The notes beneath the pieces are model-generated. The model worked only from the letters and a program-made list of their open reading frames with translations, ran no database searches and was not told where the DNA came from. Positions 26,037 to 38,279 of a stretch of DNA of 64,000 nt are shown piece after piece. A program made the position numbers and the translations under genes. Source of the stretch: Felis catus. Its lineage: Eukaryota. The stretch's first letter is position 1, and each line of letters begins with the position of its first letter. The stretch spans positions 56,174,001 through 56,238,000 of the forward strand of contig NC_058382.1 of assembly GCF_018350175.1 (NCBI RefSeq), in the 5' to 3' direction.

Positions 26037-26319
26037 AGTACCTGCCCACTACTGCCCCCCTCTAAAACTATGCATATTGAATTGTACGCCCTTGTGGACT
26101 TACTGGTTTTTTTTTAACTGATTAGTGAGATACAGCTGGATGGATATCTAAGCCCCTATCTGTCTAGCATCCATTGTGTATCTAATCTGTCTACCTACTT
26201 ATTTGTCCATTTCCGGCTTCATTTCACAAAGTACAATGTAAAGCAGTTTATACAAACTACACCAAATAAGGTAGTTAAAAATACATCTAAACAAGAGAAA
26301 ATTTAAAAATACACAGGGA

Positions 26320-26525
26320 GGGGTGCCTGGGTGGCTCAGTCGATTAAGCATCTGACTCCAGCTCAGGTCATGATCGCAGAGCTCGTGAGTTGGAGCCCCA
26401 TGTCGGGCTCTATGCTGACAGCTCAGAGCCTGGAGCCTGCTGCTGATTCTGTGTCTCCCACGCTCTCTGCCCCTCCCCTACATGCGCTCTGACTCTCTCT
26501 CTCTAAAATAAATAGTAAACATTAA
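26320..26525 (+). mobile_element. CAN-SINE (SINEC_Fc) with 15-bp TSD
   Basis: TSD AAAAATACACAGGGA at 26305-26319 and 26526-26540. Confidence 0.96.
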
Positions 26526-26769
26526 AAAAATACACAGGGAAAATATCAATTAAAGTGGGTATTGTCAATTGTGCAAAATGTATTACACTGGTAATCTGAC
26601 AAGTCTGACCTATAAATTTGTTTCAGCTCTCTTTGAGCTTCCTGTTAGCCAAAACAAATTTTTTTAAAGTCATTATATTTATTATATTATATATTATCCT
26701 TGAGAAGAAAACAGATTAAGCGATGCTTTTAGTGGTTCAAAGGCATTTCTCACTTGGAGCTTAACATAG

Positions 26770-26995
26770 ATCATGGGTAGCAGTTGCTTTTAATGTGAAG
26801 AGCAAGATAGCAACTATTTTCAGCTTTGGGGGCCATAAGGTTTCTGTTCTGGTCACTTGATGGTGCCACTCTAGCCCCAAAGTGGCTGTCGATGGTATGT
26901 AAACCAATGGGTATGATTGTGTTCTAATGAAACTTTGTTTACAAAAACAGGCTAGGGGCCAGATTTGACCCTCAGGCCATAGTTGGCAGATCCTT
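26770..26995 (+). mobile_element. MER58A-like relic
   Basis: TGTGTTCTAATGAAAC-like core TTGTGTTCTAATGAAACTTTGTTTACAAAAACAGG..GGCCAGATTTGACC..CATAGTTGGCAGATCC. Confidence 0.75.
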
Positions 26996-27499
26996 AGCGC
27001 AGATCTCAGTAATGCCCCTAAATCAAGTGAGAAATGGGTTTTAAGATGATGTTTTCTAGACTACTCAGCGTAAGCTGAGAGCATAACCCCAGGAGATGTA
27101 AAGCAAGAATTTCTGCACCATTGGCAACAACTACAAAAAGCATCTTCAGGCCCTTTACAGAAATATGTATCAAGGGTTGTGTATTTGTGTATTGTTTTGT
27201 TTGTTTCCATTCAGTTTTGCTTTGGGCCAGACCCCTCCTTGTTTGGTGTAGAGATACCCCAGTGTAATAAAATCCCTTGTCTCTGATATTAAGTCTCACT
27301 TGCAAGGAAAGAAAACTTCACCTTGCTCCTTCCGTCTTCCTGAATGTTTAAAAGTTATGCAGAGGTGAAGCATTGTGACAAGGCAAAAGTATTATTTCCC
27401 TCGAAAATGTTTCAGATATTTTGAGGCAGATGGATGGCACAGTTCTAAGTGGCCATGATAAAATAGTTACTTCAGATTCTGCCTCTGAGTCCTTTCCCC

Positions 27500-27792
27500 C
27501 AGGTAGTCTCCACTTGTCTGATGGCCTCAGCTTGGCTGTCACCTCCTTTGTGAAGGATTCCATGGATTCTTGAAGGAAGTAAAGAGTCTTCTCTTTTGGC
27601 CTTCTCTAGAGCTTTGTACTTCCAACTTTTATAACGCTTTTCTTGATATCTTATAACCTCTTTTCCCCATTATCAGTTGAGCTCTTTGAAGGAAGAGTAT
27701 GGGACTTTCTGATTTTATACTCTTCCCCTCTGTGCCTATTGCAACATCTAGTACAAAGTAGCCATAACTATCTTTTGGGTAAATGAATGAGT
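27500..27792 (+). mobile_element. L2 3' fragment followed by (GGAT/GGA)n-like repeat to ~27900
   Basis: GGCCTCAGCTTGGCTGTCACCTCCT..GAGCTCTTTGAAGG..AAATGAATGA. Confidence 0.6.
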
Positions 27793-28055
27793 CAGTGGAC
27801 ACATGCATGGATGGAGGGATGCATGGAGGGATGGATGAATGGAGGGATGGATGAGTGGATAGAGAGAGGGAGGAAGAGATAGGTAGATGGGTAGAATAAT
27901 GGAAGGAATGACATCGGTGGCGTCTTAAAAATATAAGTTCAAACATAGGTAGCACTATTGCAAAATGTTTCACTGGTAAGCACTCTGACAAATTTGTCCT
28001 ATATCCTCATATAAAATTAATCTCAATCTTGGTTCTGTAACAAAACAAAATCTCA

Positions 28056-28280
28056 GGACACCTGGGTGCCTCCCACGGTCAAGCATCCAACTTCCGCTTG
28101 GGTCATGATCTCGCGGTTCGTGAGTTCAGGCCCCACGTCAGGCTCCAGGTTGATGGTGTAAAGCCTGCTTGGGATTCTCTGTCTCTCCCCCTCTGTCTCT
28201 TCCCCTTCTCTGTGCACACTCACTCTCTTTCCCTCTCAAAATAAATAAATAAACTTAAAAAAATATATATGTTAAAACCC
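28056..28280 (+). mobile_element. CAN-SINE
   Basis: GGACACCTGGGTG..GGTCATGATCTCGCGGTTCGTGAGTTC..; CAAAATCTCA on both flanks. Confidence 0.93.
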
Positions 28281-29051
28281 CAAAATCTCAACTCAACATA
28301 TCTGATTTATGTCTCAATAACATATAATACATATGCCTAGACAGTCACTGACAGTCAAAATGACTTATGTATACAATCATTAGAGTGAAGTTCAAAGTGT
28401 TTTAAGCAGAATCTACGTTTAGCCTACATATGTGTGTATTACAAAGGATGCTGTAACAGATTAGATAAATACAATCAAATCATTGCTAACAACACTCAGC
28501 CAAGTCATTGTAAGTCTACACATACATTAGGGTGTATCAAATGTTATTGGATATACTATCAGTGTTGTCCAGCAGACATTGACAACACCAGCATGTGTGT
28601 TGTAACTTGATGTTTGCCCTTGTAGGATCTATGCCTCCTTGCACAGATCTTGCAGTTTTTCCTACTGCCTATCTTGCTGTCACCTGTGTCCGCATTTTGT
28701 ATTCCTCCAGCTGTCTTTTCCTCCTGTCACCTATATTCACTCTACCTACCTTGGCTTCCCATTCATAGAAGGGTGAACAAGAGTAGTTGCAGAGCTGATA
28801 TTTTTGGACAATCCTGGAAAAAAATGGAAATATTGGATCACGAAATCCAATGTTATCCATGTTCGTGTCTTGACTAAGTCAACTGTTACTTTACAGGGTC
28901 TCAGTGTTCCCATTTGGGTGTTCACATCATTCTGACACATGCCTCGACTGATAAGAATAGCACAAAACTAAGTGAATTATTACAAAGATATATCTTGAAA
29001 GAACTGTTTGCTCAAAGAGGAAACTTATCTAATTAAAAATTTCCTTGCATA

Positions 29052-29260
29052 GGGACACCTGGGTGCTTCAGTTGGTTGAGTGTTCGACTCTTGATTTCGG
29101 CTCAGGTCATGATCTCATGGTTGGTGAGATTGAGCCCCATTTTGGACTCTGCACTGACAGCACGGAGCCTGCTTGGGATTCTCTCTCCCTCTCTCTGTCC
29201 CTCCCCCTCATGCAGGCACACTCTCTTCCTCTCTCTCAAAGTAAATAAACTTAAAAAAAT
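29052..29260 (+). mobile_element. CAN-SINE (SINEC_Fc2-like)
   Basis: Full copy; TTCCTTGCATA on both flanks. Confidence 0.94.
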
Positions 29261-30762
29261 TTTTTCCTTGCATATAAAATATCAAAAACCACAACCAGAT
29301 AGTCTTGTATGTGTTTTATTCAAAAATTAAACTTGTAGGTGTGGGGACTTTCTGCAATGCACCAGAAGTTATTTTGGCATTACTTTCCCACACTTCAAGT
29401 TTATCTTCTTAGATTTTCGATGGAAATCAATTCCTCAAATGGAATTTTATTACAAACTGCTGAAAATACTATTTAAAGTGAAATGCCTGACAAAGATGGG
29501 TGTCATGGCAGTAATGAATTCATGATGGGGCTAGTTGGAAGTGTATGACATTTTAAGTGCCTCATCACTCTGAATTCATTTGGCATTTATTGTAATAGAA
29601 ATGACCGTATTGAATTCATTTGGCATTCATATGGACTTCACATGTATTTATGGAGATATAACATGGTAATTTAACATTTACTGTACTAAGCATTATTTAA
29701 TGGGCACTGAAAGACATTGTCATACAATGCTTAATAAAGTTAGTACTTCTAAAGTTAATCTTCTGTCAAAACAAAGAAATGGAAAACCATTTTGATTCCC
29801 CAAGTGAATTATTTGGATAAGCCAAAATTATGTATTTACTCTCCCAAATATGCTTTCTAAATTTTTAAGCCAGAAGGTTGACTCTAGGACCAAGACAATA
29901 AGGCAGATGTTCAGTTTAGACTCCTTTATATTCTGAAATTGTCTGCAAATACATTAATCTCAGTCTAAAAGTATTAAGAAAGATTTTCTTGGAACATCAG
30001 CAGTAAATTTAACACATGGCGAGCCTTCAATGGATTTATTCTTTCTCCCCCTCTAGAGTTCAGTATGCTCCCTTTAACATGGTCCTGGAAAATAAATTTC
30101 TGTTTTATCCTTGCAGAAAAACTATTTTTAGACCAAACAGATCATCATTTGGGAACAATAACAAGTTCTCAGTCATGAGGATCTTTGCTGAAGAGTGAAG
30201 GAAGGGTTCTTCATCAACCATGATGGCATTCTTTTCTTTTTCTTCTAAGAACAGAGTTTGAGGACACAGCATAAGACAAAGTTTGCTCTTAGTCCCTTTC
30301 AAATATGTGGCTTAGGATGAGCTTCCCTCCCTTGAATTTTCTCACTTGTCTTGTTTAGTCCACTCAAAAATAGAACTTTTATTGAAAACTTACCAAAAAT
30401 CACCAAATAACTAATCCTCCTGGCTTGAGTTCAATCAGTGCCCAACTATGATCCTAGAGTATCGCTTATTGTAACATTAATTTACCGAAAATATTTTAAC
30501 ACGGTCTAGAAAGAGGGAGAAAGAGTGTTACTTGTTTTTACATATACCCTGTCTAGACATTTTAAGTAATTAATATCACTTCCAAATTACCATAAAGGAT
30601 TCAGTTACGGCAAATATCTTCCATATCTACATTATGAGAGAGCTTACAAATCCCTAATATCAAATAATCTCAAGTAACCCTCCTCTGTAGTCCAGGGCAA
30701 GATTTTAAGAGTGAGGACGGGGCCCTGGGGCGGGGGGGGGGGGAGGTAGAGGGGAAGGGAGG

Positions 30763-31213
30763 CGTGCCTTAGTTTCCCAGAACTGCCATAGCAAAGTGCC
30801 ACAAACTGGGTGACTTAATAGAACAGACATGTATTGTCTCAAAGTTCTAGAGACCAGAAGCTTGAAATGAAGGTGTTGGCAAGGTCACGCTCCCAGCAAA
30901 TCCCCAAAGGGAAGATCCCTCCTTCCGTGCCTTTTCCAGGTTCTGGCAGTTCCACCTATACCTTGGCTTGTAGCTGAATCACTCTGAATTCTTCGTCTGT
31001 CTTCACATGGTGTTCACCCTGGGTGTTGGTGTCTTCACATTGCATTTTCCTCCACTTATAAGGACAGCAGTCATATTGGATTAAGGCCCACCCAAATGAC
31101 CTCATCTCAACTTACTACATTTCTAAATACCCTATTTCCAAACAAGGTCATATTCAGAAGTGCTGGAAATTAGGCCTTCAGCATCTTTTGGGGGATATCG
31201 TTCAACCCATAAT
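30763..31213 (-). mobile_element. MaLR LTR (MLT1A/B/C-like)
   Basis: TTAGTTTCCCAGAACTGCCATAGCAAAGTGCCACAAACTGGGTGACTTA...GTCATATTGGATTAAGGCCCACCC...TTCAACCCATAA. Confidence 0.88.
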
Positions 31214-31710
31214 AGGAGATACCCTACCAATTTTTAATAGGGTTAATATTTTAAAGCATGCATTTATTTTTATAATTGTCTTTGTTATGGTAGGATCTGA
31301 AACAAAAAAAAATTTATTTGCCCTTAGGGTTTCTTTGTTTTCTGCTATTTGTGTTAGCACTAGTCAGAAAAATAAAGCTTTCTCTATGACACATTGCATT
31401 TTTCCTTTCACTTGAGAAATACTATTGTGTAGTCATCTCCTCTTTGGTGTAAGTGTATCTCCTTGGTTTCTGTGATACAGCATCTTTTGTTAATTATGAG
31501 TCGCTTTGCTTTCTTAACTCAAGTTTGCTTTCATTGCTTGATAGGAGCCATACTCCTTGTATGAACAACTAGATACTTCATTTGAAATCAGAATCAATCT
31601 TCAGTATGTTTTACTCGGAATATCAGTTAAGTGTCTCTTGGTAGCAAGCAATAGGAAATACTCTAATGTTAGGCAGAGGAGTAAAAGGAAGAAAAAGAAT
31701 ATTGTTAGTA

Positions 31711-32401
31711 TGTGTATTAGTTTGCTAGAGCTTCTGTAATAAAGCACCACAGACTGATGGCTTAAATAATAGAAATTTATCAGTAAACAGTTCTGAAAAC
31801 TAGAAATCTAAGATCATTGTACAGATAGGGTTGTTTCTTTCAGAGCGCTGGGAAGGAGAATCTGATCCATGTCTCTATTTAGCTTCTGGTCATTTGTTGG
31901 GCATTTTCAGCACCCATTGGTGTGTGGGAGCATCACCATAGTCTCCGACTTCATCTCCTTCACATGGTATTCTCCCTGTGTGTGTTTCTGTGTCTGTGGC
32001 CAAATTTTCTCTTTTTTAAAAAATTGTTTTTAAGGTTTGTTTATTTTTGAGAGGGGGAGAGAGAGATAGAGAGCAAGAGAGGGGCAAGAGGGAGAGAGGG
32101 GGACAGAGGATCCAACGCGGACTCTGGGTTGACAGCAGAGAGCCTGATATGGGGCTCAAACTCACAAACTGAACCATGAGATTGTGACCTGAATTGAAGT
32201 CGGACACAACTGACTGAGCCACCCAGGTGCCCTCAGATTTTCTCTTTTTATACAGACTCCTGTCATATTGAATTAAGGCCTACCCTAATGGCATAGTTTA
32301 ACTTGATAAAGACCCTATCTCCAAATAAGGTCATATTCTGAGGTATACTAAGTGTTAGGACTCCAACATATTTTTGAGGAGGACACAACTCAGCCTATAA
32401 G
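31711..32401 (-). mobile_element. MaLR LTR (MLT1A/C-like), interrupted by a SINE
   Basis: TGTATTAGTTTGCTAGAGCTTCTGTAATAAAGCACCACAGACTG ... GACCCTATCTCCAAATAAGGTCATATTCTGAGG. Confidence 0.85.
32016..32232 (-). mobile_element. CAN-SINE nested in the MLT1 LTR
   Basis: Reverse SINEC; ATTTTCTCTTTTT on both flanks. Confidence 0.93.
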
Positions 32402-32865
32402 AGTGGGATAATGGTATGTGCATGGAATTAAAGGAGGTACTGACTAAGAAAGGAAACAAAAGCATGTCTGGGTGCTACAATCTGTGAACCTTCTAGAACC
32501 CTCCCACCAATATGCCTAGATGTCACCCATGTCTATATTTCCATCTCCTGAATTTCAAATCCCGAAAAAGAATTTGAGTGATACAGTTTGATTCAGGTAC
32601 CTTTCCTTGGATCAATCACCTGTGGCCAGGAGGTGAGGGTATAGGACATAACAGCCATGTTTGGTAGGGGAGGGTATGTGTGTATGTGTATAGGAGTTTT
32701 GCCTCAAAGGAGGTGGAATCATAATGAGACCATGCACTGGCACAAGGGTATGTCCTTACCATGCTTCCTCTACTCTTTCCAAACTCTTGAGAGGAAAGGC
32801 TGTCCTAGCTCCCAAAGAAGGGATGGCTTTTCATTGCATCACCAATTATAAATTGACCTTCTAAG

Positions 32866-33030
32866 GGGCACCTGGGTAGCTCATTTGGTTATGTGTCTGA
32901 CTTCAGCTCAGGTCATGATCTCATGGTTCATGGGTTCGAGCCCCATGTCAGGCTCTGTGCTAACAGCTCAGAGCCTGGATCCTGCTTCAGATTCCATGTA
33001 TCCCTCTTTCTCTGCCCCTCCCCTGCTCAT

Positions 33031-33086
<56 letters not shown>

Positions 33087-33135
33087 AAAAAAAAAATAAA
33101 CATTAGAAAAATTTAAAAAATAAATAAATAAATAA
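32866..33135 (+). mobile_element. CAN-SINE (SINEC_Fc) with 18-bp TSD (1 mismatch)
   Basis: ATAAATTGACCTTCTAAG at 32848-32865 and ATAAATTGACCTCCTAAG at 33136-33153. Confidence 0.96.
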
Positions 33136-33282
33136 ATAAATTGACCTCCTAAGATGCATCCCACTTGGTGCTGAAGGTATAGACATGAGCAGTGGGTGTT
33201 GATATTCAATCATTTGCATTGGTAAAATCTGAGGACAGATCTTTTCATTTCTTCCCAAGCCCAGGGCATGGCTCACCATGTA

Positions 33283-33566
33283 ACATCTGTGTTACATATT
33301 GGGGATCCTAGAGGGCTAGATATAGCCTATTGGCTTCCCCAGAAACACTCTACACCATTTTCTACTCTCCCTGTGCCACAAGACACTGGCCTGTATAGAC
33401 CACATCGACCTGGGTCTCTTTCCCTCTAGTTTTGGGTTAGATTCTCTGGGTGAACCAGTGAGAGTCCTGGCAGAGAACAGATGACACAATTAAACTAGTT
33501 AAATTGAAGATAATGTAATGAAGTTACTTTTGACAAAGATGGTGGACAATGTGTAAGGAAATTACA
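33283..33566 (+). repeat. Dispersed direct repeat, copy 1 (~280 bp)
   Basis: Nearly identical to 34755-35034. Confidence 0.97.
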
Positions 33567-34269
33567 TGATACCCTGACAAGCAGCACCAAAAGTGACCAC
33601 ATTCCAGTTCTCACACTTGACCATGGTACAAGCCATGTCCGTGGAAATCTACCTCACTGTGTCAAGATGCCCAGTTCCCCTATATAAGGCATCTGCAGGA
33701 TTCTCAGGTGCTTCTCTAGACATTTGCAGACCTGGCTTGAGTAGAGGGAAGCCCAGAGAACTTCAGAGATGAGTCCATTCATCGCTGACCTGCACTCTCT
33801 CTGGTGTGGATGACTGTCTCCCCAGGGAGGAGTTTGGTGACTATTCAAAGACATAAAGGACATAAATTCCTGTTAGTACAGCTTTCATATTCCCACCAGA
33901 CCTGAGGGGCTCAGCACATTTTCCTAAGTGTTCTGTTTCCTTCCCAGGAGCCACAGAGTTGCCACAAGGAGATGAGGCCAATAAACCACTACATCTGTTT
34001 GTTTGTCATTTTTCTTTAGTGAAAGTTTTAACAAGACTCCCTCCCAACAGGGTCACAATCTCAACACATGTCGCTTTGCTGTATGCTTCACTGGAACATT
34101 GTGTTGTGTTGGGATGAATTAAATGTACAATTACAGCATATTTTCTTGAAAGGAGTTTTGACAATGATAAATGCGTAGACATTTTTCTACACTTAGTCAA
34201 CCTGATTCCCTGCCCATCAACTTGCTCAGGATTTGCTCTGAAGAATCTGTCTCTTATAAACGGGGAACC

Positions 34270-34505
34270 TTGGATACTGAGCGTGGATCTGTGGGCCTGG
34301 GTTCAAATGCCATTTCTTCCAATTTTGTACTCTATGAGCTTGGGAAGCTTTCTTAATCCTGCTAGCCTACTTAGTTTTCTCATCTGTAAGAGAATGGTTT
34401 TAAATTACTTCCCTAATAGTACTGTTGTGTTAAATGAGACAACACTTGGAAAGTAATTAGCATCATCCCTGGCAAATAGTAAGCTCTCAATGAGTGTTGG
34501 CTAGC
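34270..34505 (+). mobile_element. MIR
   Basis: CCTGGGTTCAAATGCC..TTGGGAAGCTTTCTTAATC..GTTTTCTCATCTGTAAG..CCTGGCAAATAGTAAGCTCTCAAT. Confidence 0.85.
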
Positions 34506-34754
34506 ATTCATGCAGGTAATTTGTCCTCTTAACTGCAATGATGACTCTAACGTGAGTTCAAATCCCAAGCATATGGAAAAAAGCGCTTTTTGTTATTCTC
34601 AAAGCAGGAATAAACAGGGATTTTTCTACAGACGCTTGAATATAATAACAGTAGCTAATGTCTATTAATTATTTAGTATGTGGTAGACAGTATCATAAGT
34701 GTTTTCTGTGCATCTTGTTTAGTTATCATACCAACCCTATGAACTTTATATTAT

Positions 34755-35034
34755 ACATCTGTGTTACATATTGGGGATCCTAGAGGGCTAGATATAGCCT
34801 ATTGGCTCCCCCAGAAACTCTCTACACCATTTTCTACTCTCCCTGTGCCACAAGACACTGGCCTGTATAGACCACATCGACCTGGGTCTCTTTCCCTCTA
34901 GTTTTGGGTTAGATTCTCTGGGTGAACCAGTGAGAGTCCTGGCAGAGAACAGATGACACAATTAAACTAAACTGAAGATAATGTAATAAAGTTACTCTTG
35001 ACAAAGATGGTGGACAGTGTGTAAGGAAATTACA
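34755..35034 (+). repeat. Dispersed direct repeat, copy 2 (probable donor); MIR end joined to ERVL-type LTR pieces
   Basis: Nearly identical to 33283-33566; continuous with a reverse MIR upstream (34650-34790) and LTR-like sequence downstream. Confidence 0.95.
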
Positions 35035-36384
35035 AGGGGTTGTTCAGCCTCCTGGACCTAGCGTTGGTGTGGCACCATTATCCCTACAAAGCCTATGGGA
35101 TAAAGGTTGAGCGTAGTTTCCAGAGCCAGAGTCAGAGAATGACATGTAGAAAGGGCTGCCAGTGACAAGACTGCAGTCTTCAGGTGAGGGATGCAACCAG
35201 CCTTCATTGACCTTTAGGCAGGAAACCAGGAGAACTGATACCCTGCCTTGCTCTTCCTCTGTCTCCAACCTCTTGCTGGTTTTCTTCATTTGCTAAACCC
35301 AGCTAGAACCCAGCTAGAAGGCTTCCAGGTGACCCTATCGAGGGACAGAGCAAGGGAGAGAAGGGAGAGTGAATTCAGAGGACCACGCAAATGTATACGG
35401 TACATCTATGAACACAACACTAGTAAGTGATATTTGCTTTAAGCCATGGAGAATGAGATATTACCTTTGCTCTACTGTTCTAAACCTCTCATTTTCTCCT
35501 CTATCTTTATCTCTTTTACTATTCTTCTTCATAGACTGTGACTTCTAAATATTGTAGTGGGAAACTTCAAATGGCTTCACATCTTAGAGTAATCCAGCTA
35601 CTCTTAGATTTGGGAAAATTTCATTTTGGAAAGGTCAAGGTAACAAATACATTACTAAAATCCATTTATCCTTTATTTTCTCATCATTGAAGGAAAGATT
35701 ACTGACAAATATGGCAATAAAGGTTTCTATTGCTGCAATTTTTATAACAAAAACAAACATAGTTCTTAATGAATTTTCATTTATTAGATCAGCAATTGCC
35801 AACATGGGGTTCCTGGGTCTTAGGAAACCATGATGGTAGCATTGGAGGTCTGGAAGCTCTTTTAAATATTTTAGGAAGTCTAATATAATCATACTTTTAC
35901 AAGTGATAAAGCTTCACAGACTAACAAAAACATCAAGATTCTCTGCTTTGGACTGAAATGATATTCGCTCTGTGTGGTGACCCTAGTAATTTCATGCTGA
36001 TCAGAAGCTCTGATTGGCAGTTATGTATGCCTTTGGTTAATAAAACATGGGAGAGCAAATGAATTATTACTTAATCTACGCAGTTTGCTAGATAAAGTCT
36101 TTGAAAACCTTGAATCAATTGGGGGAAAATAAACTGGATGCTTGGTAGCGAAATAACAAGCTTCATACAGGCTTGGCATTTCTCATATATGCAGGAAGGC
36201 CAAGGCAGTCTTCTAGATGTGCCCTTCATCTAGAAGATCTGCTGAAAAATTCAAGTCAGTTATTTGTTTTCAATAGTAGTAACACACAGTTACTAAGCGG
36301 CCAGGTACAGTGCTGAAATGTTCCATGTATAATATCTTACTTCATCCTCCTAGTAGTCCTAGGAGGAAGGCAGTCTAGCTCTCT

Positions 36385-36560
36385 CTTAAGTGCAGTTTTC
36401 TCAGAGGCTGACTCAAGGACAAGGGTTTGTGTGCAAGTTGTTTACTTGGCAGGTGATGCCAGAAAGTACTGGTGGGAGATGGAAAAGTGAGCTGGGGAAA
36501 GGCAGCATAGGATACATTACCAAGCAGGTTGCTGCTGCTGTGGACAGTAGCATCTGCCAT
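36385..36560 (-). mobile_element. LTR16-like ERVL LTR fragment inside a reverse MIR (36270-36630)
   Basis: CAAGGACAAGGGTTTGTGTGCAAGTTGTTTACTTGGCAGGTGATGCCAG; MIR pieces on both sides. Confidence 0.6.
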
Positions 36561-36799
36561 GTTCCTGTCCTGCAGATGACGAAGCCAAGACTTCATGAGT
36601 TTAAGTAATGTGTCCAAAGTCACAGAGCACTTGCAATGATGTTCCCTTACATAGAATTTTATAATACCTGTGATGATAGCCTACCAATATGCAATAGCCT
36701 ATGAAATGAGTTCTGATTCTTGAAGGTTTTGTTTTGTTTTTTACAACAACTGGATTAAGAAAGGGGTCATATATCATACTAAGTCCCTCATATAAAATG

Positions 36800-37370
36800 A
36801 ACAATTACATGGTTTTCGTATATTCACAGAGTATGTTGTACAGCTATCATCACAATCAATTCTAGAACATTTTCATTACCCCAGAAGGAACCCTATGTGC
36901 ATTTGTAGTCATGCTTCATTTCCTCCATTCCACCCCCATTCCCTGGGAACCAATAACCTATTTTCTGTCTCTATGCATTTGCCTTTTCTGGGCACTTCAT
37001 ATAAGTGGAAACATGTATTATGTGATCAGTTATGTATATAACTTCCTTCATTTAGCACAATGTTTTAAAGGTCTACTCCCTACTGCAGCATGTATCAGTA
37101 CTTCATTCCTTTTTATGGCTGAGTAATATTCAATTATGTGGATATACCATATTTGTTTATCCCTTCATCACATGATGGACATTTGAGTTGTTCCCACTTT
37201 GGGCTGTTGTCAGTCATATTGCTATGGAAATTTATTTATAAGGTTTTATATAGACATCCTTTTTTTTTCATTTCCTTTGGGTATCTACCTAGGAGTAGAA
37301 TTGCTAGGTTATATGGCAGCTCTGTTTTTAACCTTTTGCAGAACTGCCAGACTCTTCTCCAAAGTGGTCC
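36800..37370 (-). mobile_element. L1MB/ME-like 3' end
   Basis: TATATTCACAGAG..CAATTCTAGAACATTTTCATTACCCCAG..CTTCATTCCTTTTTATGGCTGAGTAATATT..AGGAGTAGAATTGCT. Confidence 0.9.
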
Positions 37371-38279
37371 TAGAGTTTATTGATGGCTTTAATCTGCTCT
37401 TCAAATGAGCAGGCTGCCTGCCTTGCACTCTTTGGCAAAGGAGAAAAATCACTACTGTGCTCTTGCAAACATAGATTTCAAGAATCCCTAGTGCATCCAA
37501 GAATGCTGCCTGCATTATCAGAGTTGACTTAAGTTGGTCCTGGATCTCAGTGCCTGCCCTTCTTGCTTGTTGCTTATAAAAGATTAATAGTTTAACTTCA
37601 TCATTATCCATTTAGTTTACGATTATGGGTTGTTTGGTTAATCCCACTGGTTGTAGTGATACATGTTGTCATGAAGAGTATTTTTGGCCTGCAGTTTCCA
37701 AATGACTCGAATTTCAAGCATATATGGATGGCAGTTTATTAAACATGCATTTGTTGTTTTCATTTGGCCCCTGCTGTGAGTCAGGCACTGTGTTAGGTGC
37801 TGGAAATACAGTGGAGGGACAGAAACAAACACAATTCGGTTAGAGAAAAATAAACTTGAAGAGGAACTCTAGGAGCAGTTGCACTGCTGAGTCATTGTTG
37901 GGGTCCTCTTCATGGCAAACAGCTCGTACATCCCTATAATTCATCCTGAATCTGAGATGAGCTCTGCTCAAAAGTGCTACGTCACCAGTTAATGCTGTTG
38001 TACAGTTAATTATAAGTGACACAAGAAAGAAATGGAAAACCTCTTCCCCAACAGGGACTTGCAATTTAAATAAAGAGGGAGAATGCTTTGTGAAGTGGCT
38101 TCCACCTAGAAAAATCAAAATAAATAAAATCTGTTAATACATATAAGGACAGTGATGGTTGAGGGCGTTCTATTTGCTCCCACGGTATTCTGAATATGAT
38201 TTAATGTGGAAAACAAAACAAAATCTTGGTGGTTCTTATGGTGATGAGAATGCTAAATCAAGGCTTTGTTATTTTTTAA

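Noticed and set aside
28626..28772. Possible exon after the acceptor TTTGCCCTTGTAG
   Set aside because: Open frames are explained by pyrimidine-rich composition; no recognisable protein and only a weak donor
30095..30200. Strong acceptor TTCTGTTTTATCCTTGCAG as a coding exon start
   Set aside because: All three frames stop within ~80 nt and there is no convincing donor
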